Positions 27,302 to 36,789 of a stretch of DNA of 64,000 nucleotides are shown here, piece by piece. Position numbers and translations under genes: made by a program. The notes under the pieces are model-generated. The model made no database searches, was not told the origin of the DNA, and saw nothing but the letters and a program-made list of their open reading frames with translations. The stretch's first letter is position 1, and the number at the start of each line of letters is the position of its first letter. The stretch is from a virus, in the IMG/VR virus record IMGVR_UViG_3300037258_000352, positions 1 through 64,000 of that record; one strand, 5' to 3'.

Positions 27302-29890
27302 GTGGCTCAACCCCTGATGTCGACTCGCCGGCGAATGCTGGCGGTCACCGCGCAGTCCCGCCGGCCGCTGCCCCGGGTCCGGTTCGGCCTCTACCGACGT
27401 CGACGGTGGCCGGTCGGGTCAACCCGCGGGGTCGTCAACGGCGCCCTCTACGCCCCCGCCCGGATCAACTCGGTGGGAACCACCCAAGGCGCGACCGCCG
27501 CCGCGGGTGGTGGGCTCACGTTCCCCACCGTCGACGGCGCCGGCACCAACTGGTGGGTCGACGTCACCGTCACCGACCAACCCCCCGGATCGGTCCCCAC
27601 GGACCCGTTCAGTGCTGCGGTCGCGGCCGCGCGCCGGTCCCCGCTGACGTCCCTCGCGGCTGACTGGGACCGTGACGGGTACCAATCCCCGTACACCTAC
27701 CTCACCCCCGCCGTCGCGGAGGTGACCATCGAACGCGCCGCGACGGGTGACCTGCCCGACGAGGTGTCGTTGGTGGAGGGCTCCACCATCGCGCAGGTCA
27801 CCGTGGTCCTTGAGGGGCGAGTCAACGGGTGGGACGTGATGGAACTGTTCGCGCCCTACCGCACCGATTCCCCGTTCTTCCGGACCACCGTCATCACCAC
27901 CCCCGCGTTCCTGTGGATCGGGTTGCAAACCTCGACGGGACGGCAGTACATCCAACAGCTCCTCGGGCATATCCGGTCAGTGAAACCAGACAGCGCCGCC
28001 CGGACGGTGGAACTGGTCCTCCTCGACCCCGCCGATTTGCTGCGGGCCCCGATCACCCTGCCGGCGCACGCGATGAACCGGGACGACTACCTAGCCAGCA
28101 ACCACAAGTTCTTCATCAACTCCCAAGCCGTCATCGACTACGTCCTGCGGAAGAACGGGATCTACGCCTCCGTCGCACCGCACCCGAAAGCGCAAATCTC
28201 GTGCACCGCTCACGGGTGGCTCGCCGCCGAAGCCGGTCGCTCCGCTGTCCCCCGCGGTGTCGCCGCTGTCATCGCTGCGGACACCGCGTTCGTCCCTGGC
28301 CCGTTCGACCTCCTCGCCTTGGGTGGCATGTGGGACAACAACGGTGCCTATCAGGAGTTCTTCGCTGCGCAACCGTTCATCCCGACCGCGGGGAACGGGA
28401 TCGGGATGTCCGCGTGGTTGAAAGTCGGCAACGATATGGGGGTCACCGCCGGTGGGTGGGACGTGTTCGAGCTCATCCCCGTCGCGGATGTCACCGTGTT
28501 CGAGTATGTGCTGGCCATTAACTCCGACGGGTCCATTACCGGTGTAATCCGGCACAACACCATCGAGGATGGGTTCACTCAACCCGTCACCACGACCACG
28601 CAATGGCAGTACGTGGGTTTGCATTTCGTGCACAACTCGAACGGCACCACCACGATCAGGTTCCGGATCGGTGGGGTCACGACCAGCGGCACGATCACCA
28701 CCCCCGTGATCACGTCCCCGGTGTCCCCGTTCCTGCAGTGCACCGCGTGGACGAACCTGTCCTGGTCCGATTTTCAGGTCTGGTACGACCCAGCCGACCC
28801 GGGTCTTACCGGGGCGTGGCCCGGGGAAACCCCCCTCAATCAGGCTGACCTCGACATTGGTCTGAACAACATGACTCACCTCCCCGACATCACCAACGCG
28901 GACTCGTGGTCCACGATCACCGACGTTGTCAGCGCGGAGTACGGGCTCGTGGGGTTCGACGAAACGGGCCGGTTCTACTTCACGTCCCGGGACACCACCA
29001 GCGCCAACACCGGCACCGTGGATGAGACCCTCACCGCTGACCGGTCCCTCGTCGATTTGGTCACCGAAACATCAGCGGACAGTGTCCGTAACGTCGTCAC
29101 CACCGAAACGACAGCCGGGTTCCTCGTCTTCAACAACATCGTGTTCGAGGCCGACGGCGCGACCCAGTTCGACACCCCCACCGGTGTGTCGGTCTATAAC
29201 GTGACCCTGCCGTATGGGGCGATCGGGACGACCACCCAGAACCTTCCTCAAGTCTCGGACGCCTTGTGGACCGCTGATATCACGTGGGGGTTCGTCGCGG
29301 TCCAAGCACCACCCGGTAACCCCACCGTGGAGATCACCACCGCAGACGGGGACTTGGAGGTCCTGTTCGCGATGACCGGTGACCGCGCGGGGTCGCTGAC
29401 GGTCCGGAACAACACCCCACACCGGGCGAGGTTCGCGACCACCGGGGGTCAACCCGCGCTCCGCGTCGCCGGGTATTTGATCACCCTGACCCCCACCGCG
29501 GTTGAGTACAACGGTCGGCAAGGGTCGGTCACCACCTACGGGCCCCGGACCTTACCCATCGCGTCGTCCCCGTGGCGGCAGCTCCTGTCGTCGATGCGAC
29601 CTGTCGCGATCCGGCTCCTCGCGCAACTCGCCTACCCCACCCCCGTCATCGACCAGTTCACCGCCATCGGGAACCCCGCCCGATCAGTGGGTGACGTCCT
29701 GCAGCTAGAAGACCCCGACGGGCACGGGTCGATCAGGGCGTCGATCACGAAACTGTCCCGCCACGTCTCCGCGAGTTCCGGGTTGGTGGACACGCTCACC
29801 GTCCGGCCCACCGGCCCGTCGGGGATGTTCATCCTCGGCGACCCAGTGTTCGGGGTCCTGGGCGACCCGACCCTCTACATCGGCCCATGA
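27302..29890 (+). CDS. Large minor tail protein (hub/tip, LamG-like central domain)
   Basis: DWDRDG N-terminal motif, WQYVGLHF LamG-like segment, FDETGRFYF, GNPxxxVGD, C-terminal ILGDPVFGVLG. Confidence 0.8.
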   Translation: MAQPLMSTRRRMLAVTAQSRRPLPRVRFGLYRRRRWPVGSTRGVVNGALYAPARINSVGTTQGATAAAGGGLTFPTVDGAGTNWWVDVTVTDQPPGSVPTDPFSAAVAAARRSPLTSLAADWDRDGYQSPYTYLTPAVAEVTIERAATGDLPDEVSLVEGSTIAQVTVVLEGRVNGWDVMELFAPYRTDSPFFRTTVITTPAFLWIGLQTSTGRQYIQQLLGHIRSVKPDSAARTVELVLLDPADLLRAPITLPAHAMNRDDYLASNHKFFINSQAVIDYVLRKNGIYASVAPHPKAQISCTAHGWLAAEAGRSAVPRGVAAVIAADTAFVPGPFDLLALGGMWDNNGAYQEFFAAQPFIPTAGNGIGMSAWLKVGNDMGVTAGGWDVFELIPVADVTVFEYVLAINSDGSITGVIRHNTIEDGFTQPVTTTTQWQYVGLHFVHNSNGTTTIRFRIGGVTTSGTITTPVITSPVSPFLQCTAWTNLSWSDFQVWYDPADPGLTGAWPGETPLNQADLDIGLNNMTHLPDITNADSWSTITDVVSAEYGLVGFDETGRFYFTSRDTTSANTGTVDETLTADRSLVDLVTETSADSVRNVVTTETTAGFLVFNNIVFEADGATQFDTPTGVSVYNVTLPYGAIGTTTQNLPQVSDALWTADITWGFVAVQAPPGNPTVEITTADGDLEVLFAMTGDRAGSLTVRNNTPHRARFATTGGQPALRVAGYLITLTPTAVEYNGRQGSVTTYGPRTLPIASSPWRQLLSSMRPVAIRLLAQLAYPTPVIDQFTAIGNPARSVGDVLQLEDPDGHGSIRASITKLSRHVSASSGLVDTLTVRPTGPSGMFILGDPVFGVLGDPTLYIGP

Positions 29891-29906
29891 CCCCCGGGAG
29901 ACCCTT

Positions 29907-30542
29907 GTGACGTTGACCGCTCAGTTCGCGAACGGGCCCCTCGACGCGGACCAACTGAACACCAGCAGCATCCCCGTCGTCGACTTCACCAGCGACATCA
30001 TCGCCCCGTTCCAAGGGCAAATCGTTTTCAACACCACCGACGACATGCTCTACAAATACGAGTCGGGGGCGTGGATCGCGTTCTGTGCGACCGGGACCAC
30101 GCTCCACGAGGCCCGGTACGAGCAGCGGGCGTCGGGGCAGTCGGTGACCACATCGACGGACACGAAAATGAAGTTCGAGGCCACCAACACCTCGTGCGCG
30201 GACGTCACCGCGTCCGGGACGAACAACACCGACTTTCTCCTCAACCGCGGTGGCCTGTGGCGGGTGTCCGCGGGGTCCCGGTACCTCGGCAACGCTGGCA
30301 GCGGGGAACGTCACATCTACATCCAGACGGGGACCACGTTCGTCGTTGGGAACCGGATCGCGGAGCTCGCGTTACCCAACGTCGGGTCCGCGCCGTCCGC
30401 GGTGATGTGCTCAACCGAGGTCCGGTTGTTCGCTAACACGTCGATCTGCGTCGGTCTGTGGCAGAACGCGGGGGGCTCGACCACGTTGGACACCGGGTTC
30501 GGTGGGATCAACCACATCGCCCTCGCGTGGCTGCGCCCATGA
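29907..30542 (+). CDS. Minor tail/receptor-binding protein
   Basis: PFQGQIVFNT...YxSGAW N-terminus; C1q-like jelly-roll C-terminus. Confidence 0.7.
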   Translation: MTLTAQFANGPLDADQLNTSSIPVVDFTSDIIAPFQGQIVFNTTDDMLYKYESGAWIAFCATGTTLHEARYEQRASGQSVTTSTDTKMKFEATNTSCADVTASGTNNTDFLLNRGGLWRVSAGSRYLGNAGSGERHIYIQTGTTFVVGNRIAELALPNVGSAPSAVMCSTEVRLFANTSICVGLWQNAGGSTTLDTGFGGINHIALAWLRP

Positions 30543-30964
30543 CCGGCCCCAGCAGCGAACCAGTCCCTCCACTGGGGTTACGGGTGATCACCGCGCTGAT
30601 CCGGCATTCCACCGCGACCGGGCTCCCGGTCACCTTGATCCCCACCGGGTTGATCGCGGTGATCCTCGGGAGCCATGCCAGCAAAGCGTTCGACAACATC
30701 GGAGGCGCGTTCCTGGTTAGGTTCCTGGGGGCAGTGATGCTCATCGGGGGGACCACCATCGTCACCGGCATCATCCGCACCGACCCCGCATACGAACCGA
30801 TCGGGTTGACGTTCGTGTCCCTCGGGCTCGGGATCTACGGGACCGGCGTCATCATCGGGCTCGGCACCCAAGGTCTCATCGCCGGCATGATCGCGATCGG
30901 CGCTGGCTTAGGGTTCCTCGGTCGGGTCCTGCGGCTGATCCGGGCAGCGCCACCACGTGAATAG
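30539..30964 (+). CDS. Four-TM membrane protein
   Basis: Hydrophobicity; start of lysis region. Confidence 0.7.
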   Translation: MTGPSSEPVPPLGLRVITALIRHSTATGLPVTLIPTGLIAVILGSHASKAFDNIGGAFLVRFLGAVMLIGGTTIVTGIIRTDPAYEPIGLTFVSLGLGIYGTGVIIGLGTQGLIAGMIAIGAGLGFLGRVLRLIRAAPPRE

Positions 30965-31391
30965 CAGCGTAATGCCCTCAGTTATTCAGATCCTGACGCT
31001 GGTCCTGTCCGGGTCCGCGATCCCCCTCATCACGTTCCTGTTCCGCCGGCGCCCGGAGCTCCGGAAACTCGGCACCGAAGCCGACGTGAACACCTCCACC
31101 GCAGCAGTGAACTACTCCGACGCGACCGACAAACTCATGAAGAACCTCCTCGCCGACGGCGAGAGATACCGGGGGATCACCGAGACCCTCCAAACGACGG
31201 TGGACCGGTTGCAGCGGGAATCGCTCGACGCGCAACGGGACTTCGCTCGGCAACTAGACGTCGCTCACGGTGAGAACGCTCGGCTCGTCACCCGGTGCGC
31301 GCAACTCACCACGGACCTCGACATCGCGCACCGGCAGCTCGGGGAATACAGCGCCCGGCACTACCCCGACCCCCACACCCGGGAGAACTGA
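30957..31391 (+). CDS. TM plus coiled-coil protein (lysis-associated)
   Basis: N-terminal TM, heptad C-terminus. Confidence 0.7.
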   Translation: MNSSVMPSVIQILTLVLSGSAIPLITFLFRRRPELRKLGTEADVNTSTAAVNYSDATDKLMKNLLADGERYRGITETLQTTVDRLQRESLDAQRDFARQLDVAHGENARLVTRCAQLTTDLDIAHRQLGEYSARHYPDPHTREN

Positions 31392-31582
31392 TGAACACCG
31401 TAACCAGATGGCTGACCCGGTTGTTCCCTCCACGACCCCGGCCCGCGACCGGAACACTGCTGCAGGAGATCGCAGCGACACGGGAACAACTCGCCGACCT
31501 GACGATCACACTGCGGGCGTTCGACGAACGGCTCGTACGGTTCGCAGACGCACACCCCACCGAGGAAGGCCCGAACCCGTGA
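31391..31582 (+). CDS. Small coiled-coil protein
   Basis: Coupled ORF. Confidence 0.6.
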   Translation: MNTVTRWLTRLFPPRPRPATGTLLQEIAATREQLADLTITLRAFDERLVRFADAHPTEEGPNP

Positions 31583-32145
31583 CCGACGCCCCAGACCCCG
31601 GCCTCACACCCGGTTACATCCTCCCACCACCCCTATCCGACACCGCTCTGATGACCGTCGGTGACGCCCGGAAACTCCACGAGTCGATGGACGTGACCGT
31701 CCGGACGGTCGGCACGTTCAATGAGCGGCTCGCTGGTGGAGAACGCCGGTGGGCGGTCCTCACCGCCCTCAGCCTCGCGATCGTCCTGGTCCTCGGTGGG
31801 GTGATCTGGCTCGGTTACGGTGTCCGTGGCATCGCCCGCTGTCAGGCAGCGCAGAGCGACGCGATCATCAGTGCGTCCGCGGCGTCCCGCACGACCCGCG
31901 ACGCCGCCGATGACCAGCAAGTAATCCAACTGGGCCAGTTCCGGGGGCAGCTTCAGCAGCAGATCGCGTTGCTCAACGCGAGCCTGAACCCCGATTCAAC
32001 GGTCCAAGACCGGATCGGCGCGACTAAGGGTTACCTTGACCAGCTCCAACAGTCCGACCAAACCGCGTTGAAGAGCCAGCAAACGATCCTCGCCGCGAAG
32101 AAGACGAGAGCGGATAACCCCCTACCGACGGGGAAGTGCACATGA
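31579..32145 (+). CDS. Single-TM protein with extracellular helical domain (two Cys)
   Basis: GTG start after GAGGAAGG; TM at about aa 60-82. Confidence 0.7.
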   Translation: MTDAPDPGLTPGYILPPPLSDTALMTVGDARKLHESMDVTVRTVGTFNERLAGGERRWAVLTALSLAIVLVLGGVIWLGYGVRGIARCQAAQSDAIISASAASRTTRDAADDQQVIQLGQFRGQLQQQIALLNASLNPDSTVQDRIGATKGYLDQLQQSDQTALKSQQTILAAKKTRADNPLPTGKCT

Positions 32146-33158
32146 TTTTCGGTGTGGATGTTCACCCCCAGTTCCAAGCCGGCCTGAACATTGAGCAGGT
32201 CCGGAGTGAGGGGTTCGATTTCCTGGCCGCGAAAGTGTCCCAGGGGACCACCGTCTACGACTCCCAGGACTGGCTGCGGCGAGCGAAAGCGTGCGGGCTG
32301 CTGGCCATGGGCTACCACTACCTAGAACCGGGGAACGAGGTCGCGCAAGCCAGGACGTTCGCTGCGCAGCTCCGCGCGGGCGGGGTCCCGGGGATGCTCG
32401 ACGCGGAATACCCCCTCGCGAACGGGGACACCCTGTCCGTCCCCGGGATCCAGTCGTTCCTCACCGCGGCCCGGTCGTTCGGTGCGCAGGTGCCGCTGGT
32501 GTACCTACCCCACTGGTACTGGCAGCGGATGGGGTCCCCTGATTTGAGTGGCCTCCCGGGGTTGTGGGCGTCGTCGTACGTCACCGGGTCAGGGTTCGCG
32601 GCCGCGCTGATCGGTGCAGTCCCCCCGTTGTACTGGGCGGACTACGGGCACCGCCCGGTGCAAGTGCTGCAGTTCACCGACAAGGGTGCCGTCGCCGGGA
32701 TGAGTATCGACGTCGACGCCTACCCCGGTACCCGCAGCGAGCTCGTCGCGCTGCTGTCCGGTCTCAACGGATCCACCAGAAGACGGAAGGAATCGACCAT
32801 GACCTACCGGCTCGACCCCACCACCACACCCACCGGTGCAGCGGATGACGCGTCCCCGGACGGCACGTGGCCGGCCGTGGAGGACACCATCACGTCCCCC
32901 GGCCCGGCGGGTGGATGGCCAGGGCGGGTCCTGCAGCACCTGACGTTCGGGTTCCGTGGCGGGTTCATTCAGGAGGCCTGGTCGGCACCGTCGGGGCATC
33001 ACTACGTGACCCGGTACGACCCGACCGCGAAAACGGGTGGTCAGTTCGTCGACGGGTTCGTCACCCAGAACTGGGAGCTCCCCACCGGGGACATCGCGTT
33101 GATCGTTCGCTACGCGACCCGCGCTCGTGGTTCGGTCACACCCGAGGTAGAGCACTAG
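32142..33158 (+). CDS. Endolysin, GH25 muramidase
   Basis: GVDV..FQ...KVSQG...YHYL...LDAE...QFTD...IDVD. Confidence 0.88.
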   Translation: MIFGVDVHPQFQAGLNIEQVRSEGFDFLAAKVSQGTTVYDSQDWLRRAKACGLLAMGYHYLEPGNEVAQARTFAAQLRAGGVPGMLDAEYPLANGDTLSVPGIQSFLTAARSFGAQVPLVYLPHWYWQRMGSPDLSGLPGLWASSYVTGSGFAAALIGAVPPLYWADYGHRPVQVLQFTDKGAVAGMSIDVDAYPGTRSELVALLSGLNGSTRRRKESTMTYRLDPTTTPTGAADDASPDGTWPAVEDTITSPGPAGGWPGRVLQHLTFGFRGGFIQEAWSAPSGHHYVTRYDPTAKTGGQFVDGFVTQNWELPTGDIALIVRYATRARGSVTPEVEH

Positions 33159-33256
33159 GAGCGTCGATCATTGAGGGTAAGATCGAACTAAGGACCCCGG
33201 CGGGTGTGCAACCACCCCCGGGGCATGGCAAGTACCTATGTCTGGGAGGTGCTCGC

Positions 33257-33927
33257 ATGAGCGAGTCTACGTGCAGCGTTGACGGTTGCGACCGGGAGCA
33301 CGCCGCCCGGGGCTGGTGCCTGATGCACTACAGACGGGCTAGTAAACGTGGGTGGTCGCTGAGTCCGCGTGCCTGTTCGGTGTGTGGAACTGACATTTCA
33401 GATCGGAAGTCAGACGCCCTGGTCTGCAGCAAACAGTGTGGTTTCAAGGCGTCCTACGCCGGTCGACGGGTCGACCTGATCGCGTACCAGCGAGCTAACT
33501 ACCGAGATAACCGGGCTACGATTCTCGCGCGGCAGCGGATATATGTGAAAGGACACGCAGATGAGGCGAGGCGACGGGGAACGGAGTGGGCCCGTCGGAA
33601 CCACGTCCGGGTAGCTCTTAGTGGGCATCGTCACCGAGCCTTACGGCGCAACGCCACTAGCGGGGGTTTTACATCTCTGAACGGGACTGGGTCCGGCTTG
33701 TCCGCAGACAGGCCGGACGGTGCCCGTACTGTCACATGCCGATGCCCCGGCCAACGATCGAACACGTTGTCCCTATCTGTCGAGGAGGTCGTCATTACAT
33801 AGGCAACGTCCTACCCGTGTGCTCGCCCTGCAATCTCAGCAAGAACCGACGGCTGCTCAGCGAGTGGAACCACTGGAAGCGAACCAACCCGAAATTAGAA
33901 GGAGCATCAAGTGGATCGGCATATTGA
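33257..33927 (+). CDS. HNH endonuclease split by a -1 frameshift (programmed, or pseudogene)
   Basis: Frame 1 gives Zn-finger N-terminus (CSVDGC..RGWCLMHY); -1 frame after G GGT TTT (33664-33670) gives CPYC...EHVVPICRGG...CSPCNLSK. Confidence 0.8.
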
Positions 33928-34915
33928 AAGGGAAATCCACCCGACGCGGAGACTTGGATGGAAGCCGAAAGCGGCGAACCGGGATGTACTCAAGCTCGGG
34001 GATTATCTGACCGGAGTCATGCCGTCCCATCCCGGTTCGGTCGACTATTTCCAAAAAATAACTGCCTCCGGTGGTTGGTTGCTCGGATCCAATGATAAAT
34101 ACGGTACGTGCGGGCCGACAAGCCTTTCAAATCTACTTCTCCTGGTGTCGTCGTGGCTTGCTGATTCTCCCATTCGAGTGACTGATAATGACATTTTTGA
34201 CCTCTACCGTCGGTCAGGTAACCCCGACTTCAACCCCGTCACCGGAGCCGGTGACAACGGTGTCGACATGACCGTGATGCTGTCCGCGGCGATCAAGGGC
34301 GGTATCGGGGGGAACTTCCCCCTCGCGTTCGCGTCAGTCGACTCCACCGACCCCACCGAGGTATGGGCCGCTGGCGCACTGTTCGGGGGCACCCTGTGGG
34401 GTGCTGACCTCGACGTCGCGCAGCAACACCAAACCGATATCGGCTTGTGGGACTACGTCCCCGGATCCGGGCAGTGGGGCGGTCACGCGATCATGGCAGC
34501 TGGGCGGTACACCGACGCCCCCGGGACCACCACAGACCGGACCGGGCTCGTCACCTGGCAGATGCCCATCAACTCCACCGACCTTTTCATGTCCCGGCAG
34601 GTCCAAGAACGCTACGTGGTGATCTTCCCGTGGCATTTGGGGTCACGGCAGTTCCAGGCTGGTGTGAACATGCAAGCCCTCGCTGCGGCCTACACCGCGC
34701 TGACGGGGAAACCGTTCCCGCAGGCACCTACCCCACCGCCACCAGCGCCCACACCCACACCACCCGGACCCACACCAGCGCCCACCCCGACCCCTGACCC
34801 GGTCGATGTGCAACTCGTGAAGGACCTCGGGTCGTGGCCCACCGACACCCACGTCGGAGCCAACGCGAAAGCCGCCGTAGCGATTAACCGGTGGAGGACC
34901 GCTAAGCACCTGTAA
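33911..34915 (+). CDS. Papain-like cysteine peptidase, putative second lysin
   Basis: GxNDKYGTCG...GGHAI...VTW; Pro/Thr linker. Confidence 0.65.
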   Translation: MDRHIEREIHPTRRLGWKPKAANRDVLKLGDYLTGVMPSHPGSVDYFQKITASGGWLLGSNDKYGTCGPTSLSNLLLLVSSWLADSPIRVTDNDIFDLYRRSGNPDFNPVTGAGDNGVDMTVMLSAAIKGGIGGNFPLAFASVDSTDPTEVWAAGALFGGTLWGADLDVAQQHQTDIGLWDYVPGSGQWGGHAIMAAGRYTDAPGTTTDRTGLVTWQMPINSTDLFMSRQVQERYVVIFPWHLGSRQFQAGVNMQALAAAYTALTGKPFPQAPTPPPPAPTPTPPGPTPAPTPTPDPVDVQLVKDLGSWPTDTHVGANAKAAVAINRWRTAKHL

Positions 34916-35022
34916 CCAGTCCGCTACCGTCAGTAGCCCCCCGACCGGTTCCGGTGCCTTCCCCCTGACGGGGTAGGTCACGGGACACGGTCGGGGGCCT
35001 ACTCCCACACCAAGGGGACCTG

Positions 35023-35823
35023 ATGGCGCGTCGACGCCGTACCCGCCTCACGGTCCTCGCTGTCCACGTCGCCACCTCCGGGGTGTGGCTCGGGTTGCTC
35101 ACCGCGACCGCCCTCACTCCCACCATCGGTCCACGGATCGTGGTGGTGATGGCCCCGGCCGCCGGCGTCGCGGTCATCACCGGCCTGGTGATCACCCCGG
35201 GGCTACTGCGGTTCGGGTGGGTCCGCGCGAAGCTCGCGCTCACCGCACTGATTGTGGCCCTAGCCGGCGGCACCTGGGAACTCCACCTCACGGGCCGGGC
35301 CGTGGCGGGTGCTCGTTATACCGCTGTCACGGTCCTGCTGGCCGCGACCGTCGTTGCTGTCGTCAAACCGCACCGCACCAGGAGGACCGCCCATGAAACT
35401 GATCAAGTGGTTCCTAGAACTGAAACTGATCAAAGCGATCTTCGGTCGCAAGGAAGGGGAATGATGGACCCCAGACGGGAACCGGCACTGATCCTCGGGC
35501 TGTTCGCTGCGGCGGTGCAGATGGTGTCCGCGTTCGTGTTCCACCTCACCATCACCCAGCAGGGCACCCTCAACGCGGTCGCGATCGCTGTCGCGGGACT
35601 CGTCACCGCGATCTCCGTGAAGTCCGACCAGCTAGCCCCCCTGATCCTCGGGCTAGCGCAGGCGCTCCTCGCGGTGGGTCTCGCGTTCGGTCTGTACTTG
35701 TCCCCCGACAACCAGTCGGTGATCATGTCTTTCGTCGCGGCGGTGGTGGCCATGTTCATCAGAACTCAAGTCACCGCGCCCGCCGGCGCTAAGCTGGTCC
35801 CGGCAGGTTCGGTCGTGGCCTGA
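35023..35823 (+). CDS. Multi-TM membrane protein running in frame into the holin
   Basis: RBS AAGGGGA; no stop before the holin start. Confidence 0.5.
   Translation: MARRRRTRLTVLAVHVATSGVWLGLLTATALTPTIGPRIVVVMAPAAGVAVITGLVITPGLLRFGWVRAKLALTALIVALAGGTWELHLTGRAVAGARYTAVTVLLAATVVAVVKPHRTRRTAHETDQVVPRTETDQSDLRSQGRGMMDPRREPALILGLFAAAVQMVSAFVFHLTITQQGTLNAVAIAVAGLVTAISVKSDQLAPLILGLAQALLAVGLAFGLYLSPDNQSVIMSFVAAVVAMFIRTQVTAPAGAKLVPAGSVVA
35393..35464 (+). CDS. 23-aa amphipathic cationic peptide MKLIKWFLELKLIKAIFGRKEGE
   Basis: Strong RBS AGGAGG; stop overlaps the holin start. Confidence 0.6.
   Translation: MKLIKWFLELKLIKAIFGRKEGE
35461..35823 (+). CDS. Holin
   Basis: REPALI...4 TM...RTQVT.P actinophage holin pattern; own RBS AAGGAAGGGG. 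Confidence 0.8.
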   Translation: MMDPRREPALILGLFAAAVQMVSAFVFHLTITQQGTLNAVAIAVAGLVTAISVKSDQLAPLILGLAQALLAVGLAFGLYLSPDNQSVIMSFVAAVVAMFIRTQVTAPAGAKLVPAGSVVA

Positions 35824-35847
35824 CCCCCCGGATCCCCCCTAAAGAAA

Positions 35848-35885
35848 GGGGCCCGGTCACCGTATCCAACGGTTGACCGGGCCCC
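35848..35885. terminator. Stem-loop at the convergence of the two arms
   Basis: GGGGCCCGGTCA...TGACCGGGCCCC; U-tract on the minus strand. Confidence 0.75.
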
Positions 35886-36070
35886 GCCACTTATTCGATT
35901 AGGGGCCCGGCCACCGGAGCAGCTCGGGCACCACCACTCTATCTTGACTCCTCCGTCCCGGTCACCACACCACCACCAGCGACGACAACACCACCAGGTA
36001 CAACCCCGCCGTGGACACCGCGAGTAGCACGGTGACCGCGTCTAACACTCGATCCACAATCCCCCCTCTC

Positions 36071-36718
36071 TCATTTCAGGAGCCGCAGGTTCTGCGCCCC
36101 CATCTCGTACGCCATCACCGTGAGCAGGCCCGCGATCAGGACCGCCGCGATCCCGTTCCACACCGCGCTACCGGTCAGGATCTGCAAACCGATCCCCACG
36201 ATCGCCAACGCCAGACCGGCGACGTCCATCGCGTCCTCCGCGGCCTGCGTTTTCATGGCCGTGTCGGTGGTGGTCCGCAGGAACCGAACCCACGGGATCC
36301 CGGCCCGTTCCCGGTTCAGGGTCCCGACCGCCCGCAGGAGCGACGTTCCCTCCAACATCGCCGAGCCGGTGAGGACCGCGAGCGCGACCAGCATCGACAT
36401 CCCCGCGACCTGCGGGTCGAGGATCGACTTCACACCCTCGTACGCGGCGAATAACCCACCGGTGACGAAAATGTTGATCGCCGCGACCAGGCCCCAGAAG
36501 AACCTGGCCTTCGTCCACCACTTCGAGTGCCACACCCCAGCGAGCAGGATCGGTGCGGTCAAGGAATCGACGAGGGAGTGGGTTGCTTCGGCGAGCATCG
36601 CCGCGCTACCGGTGATGACCCCGAGGACTGTTTTCGCGACCAGGATCGCGAGGTTCACACCGAGGGAGTAGAAGAGGTTCCCGGTGGTTTCGCTGGCCTC
36701 GACGGTCGTGGTGCTCAC
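36071..36718 (-). CDS. Cation diffusion facilitator transporter (TM domain only)
   Basis: NLAILVAK..G.ITGSAAMLAEATHSLVDS CDF signature; six TM; no C-terminal cytosolic domain. Confidence 0.85.
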   Translation of the reverse strand: MSTTTVEASETTGNLFYSLGVNLAILVAKTVLGVITGSAAMLAEATHSLVDSLTAPILLAGVWHSKWWTKARFFWGLVAAINIFVTGGLFAAYEGVKSILDPQVAGMSMLVALAVLTGSAMLEGTSLLRAVGTLNRERAGIPWVRFLRTTTDTAMKTQAAEDAMDVAGLALAIVGIGLQILTGSAVWNGIAAVLIAGLLTVMAYEMGAQNLRLLK

Positions 36719-36789
36719 TGTGCTGTCCTCCGTGTCTGGTAGGTCTCCGCTGACCTACACCCGGTGTATCGCCGGTCGGGTCCGGTCCG

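Noticed and set aside
26827-27430. Self-splicing intron interrupting the DUF4082-like domain
   Set aside because: No group I/II core motifs seen; insert is a normal gene with its own RBS
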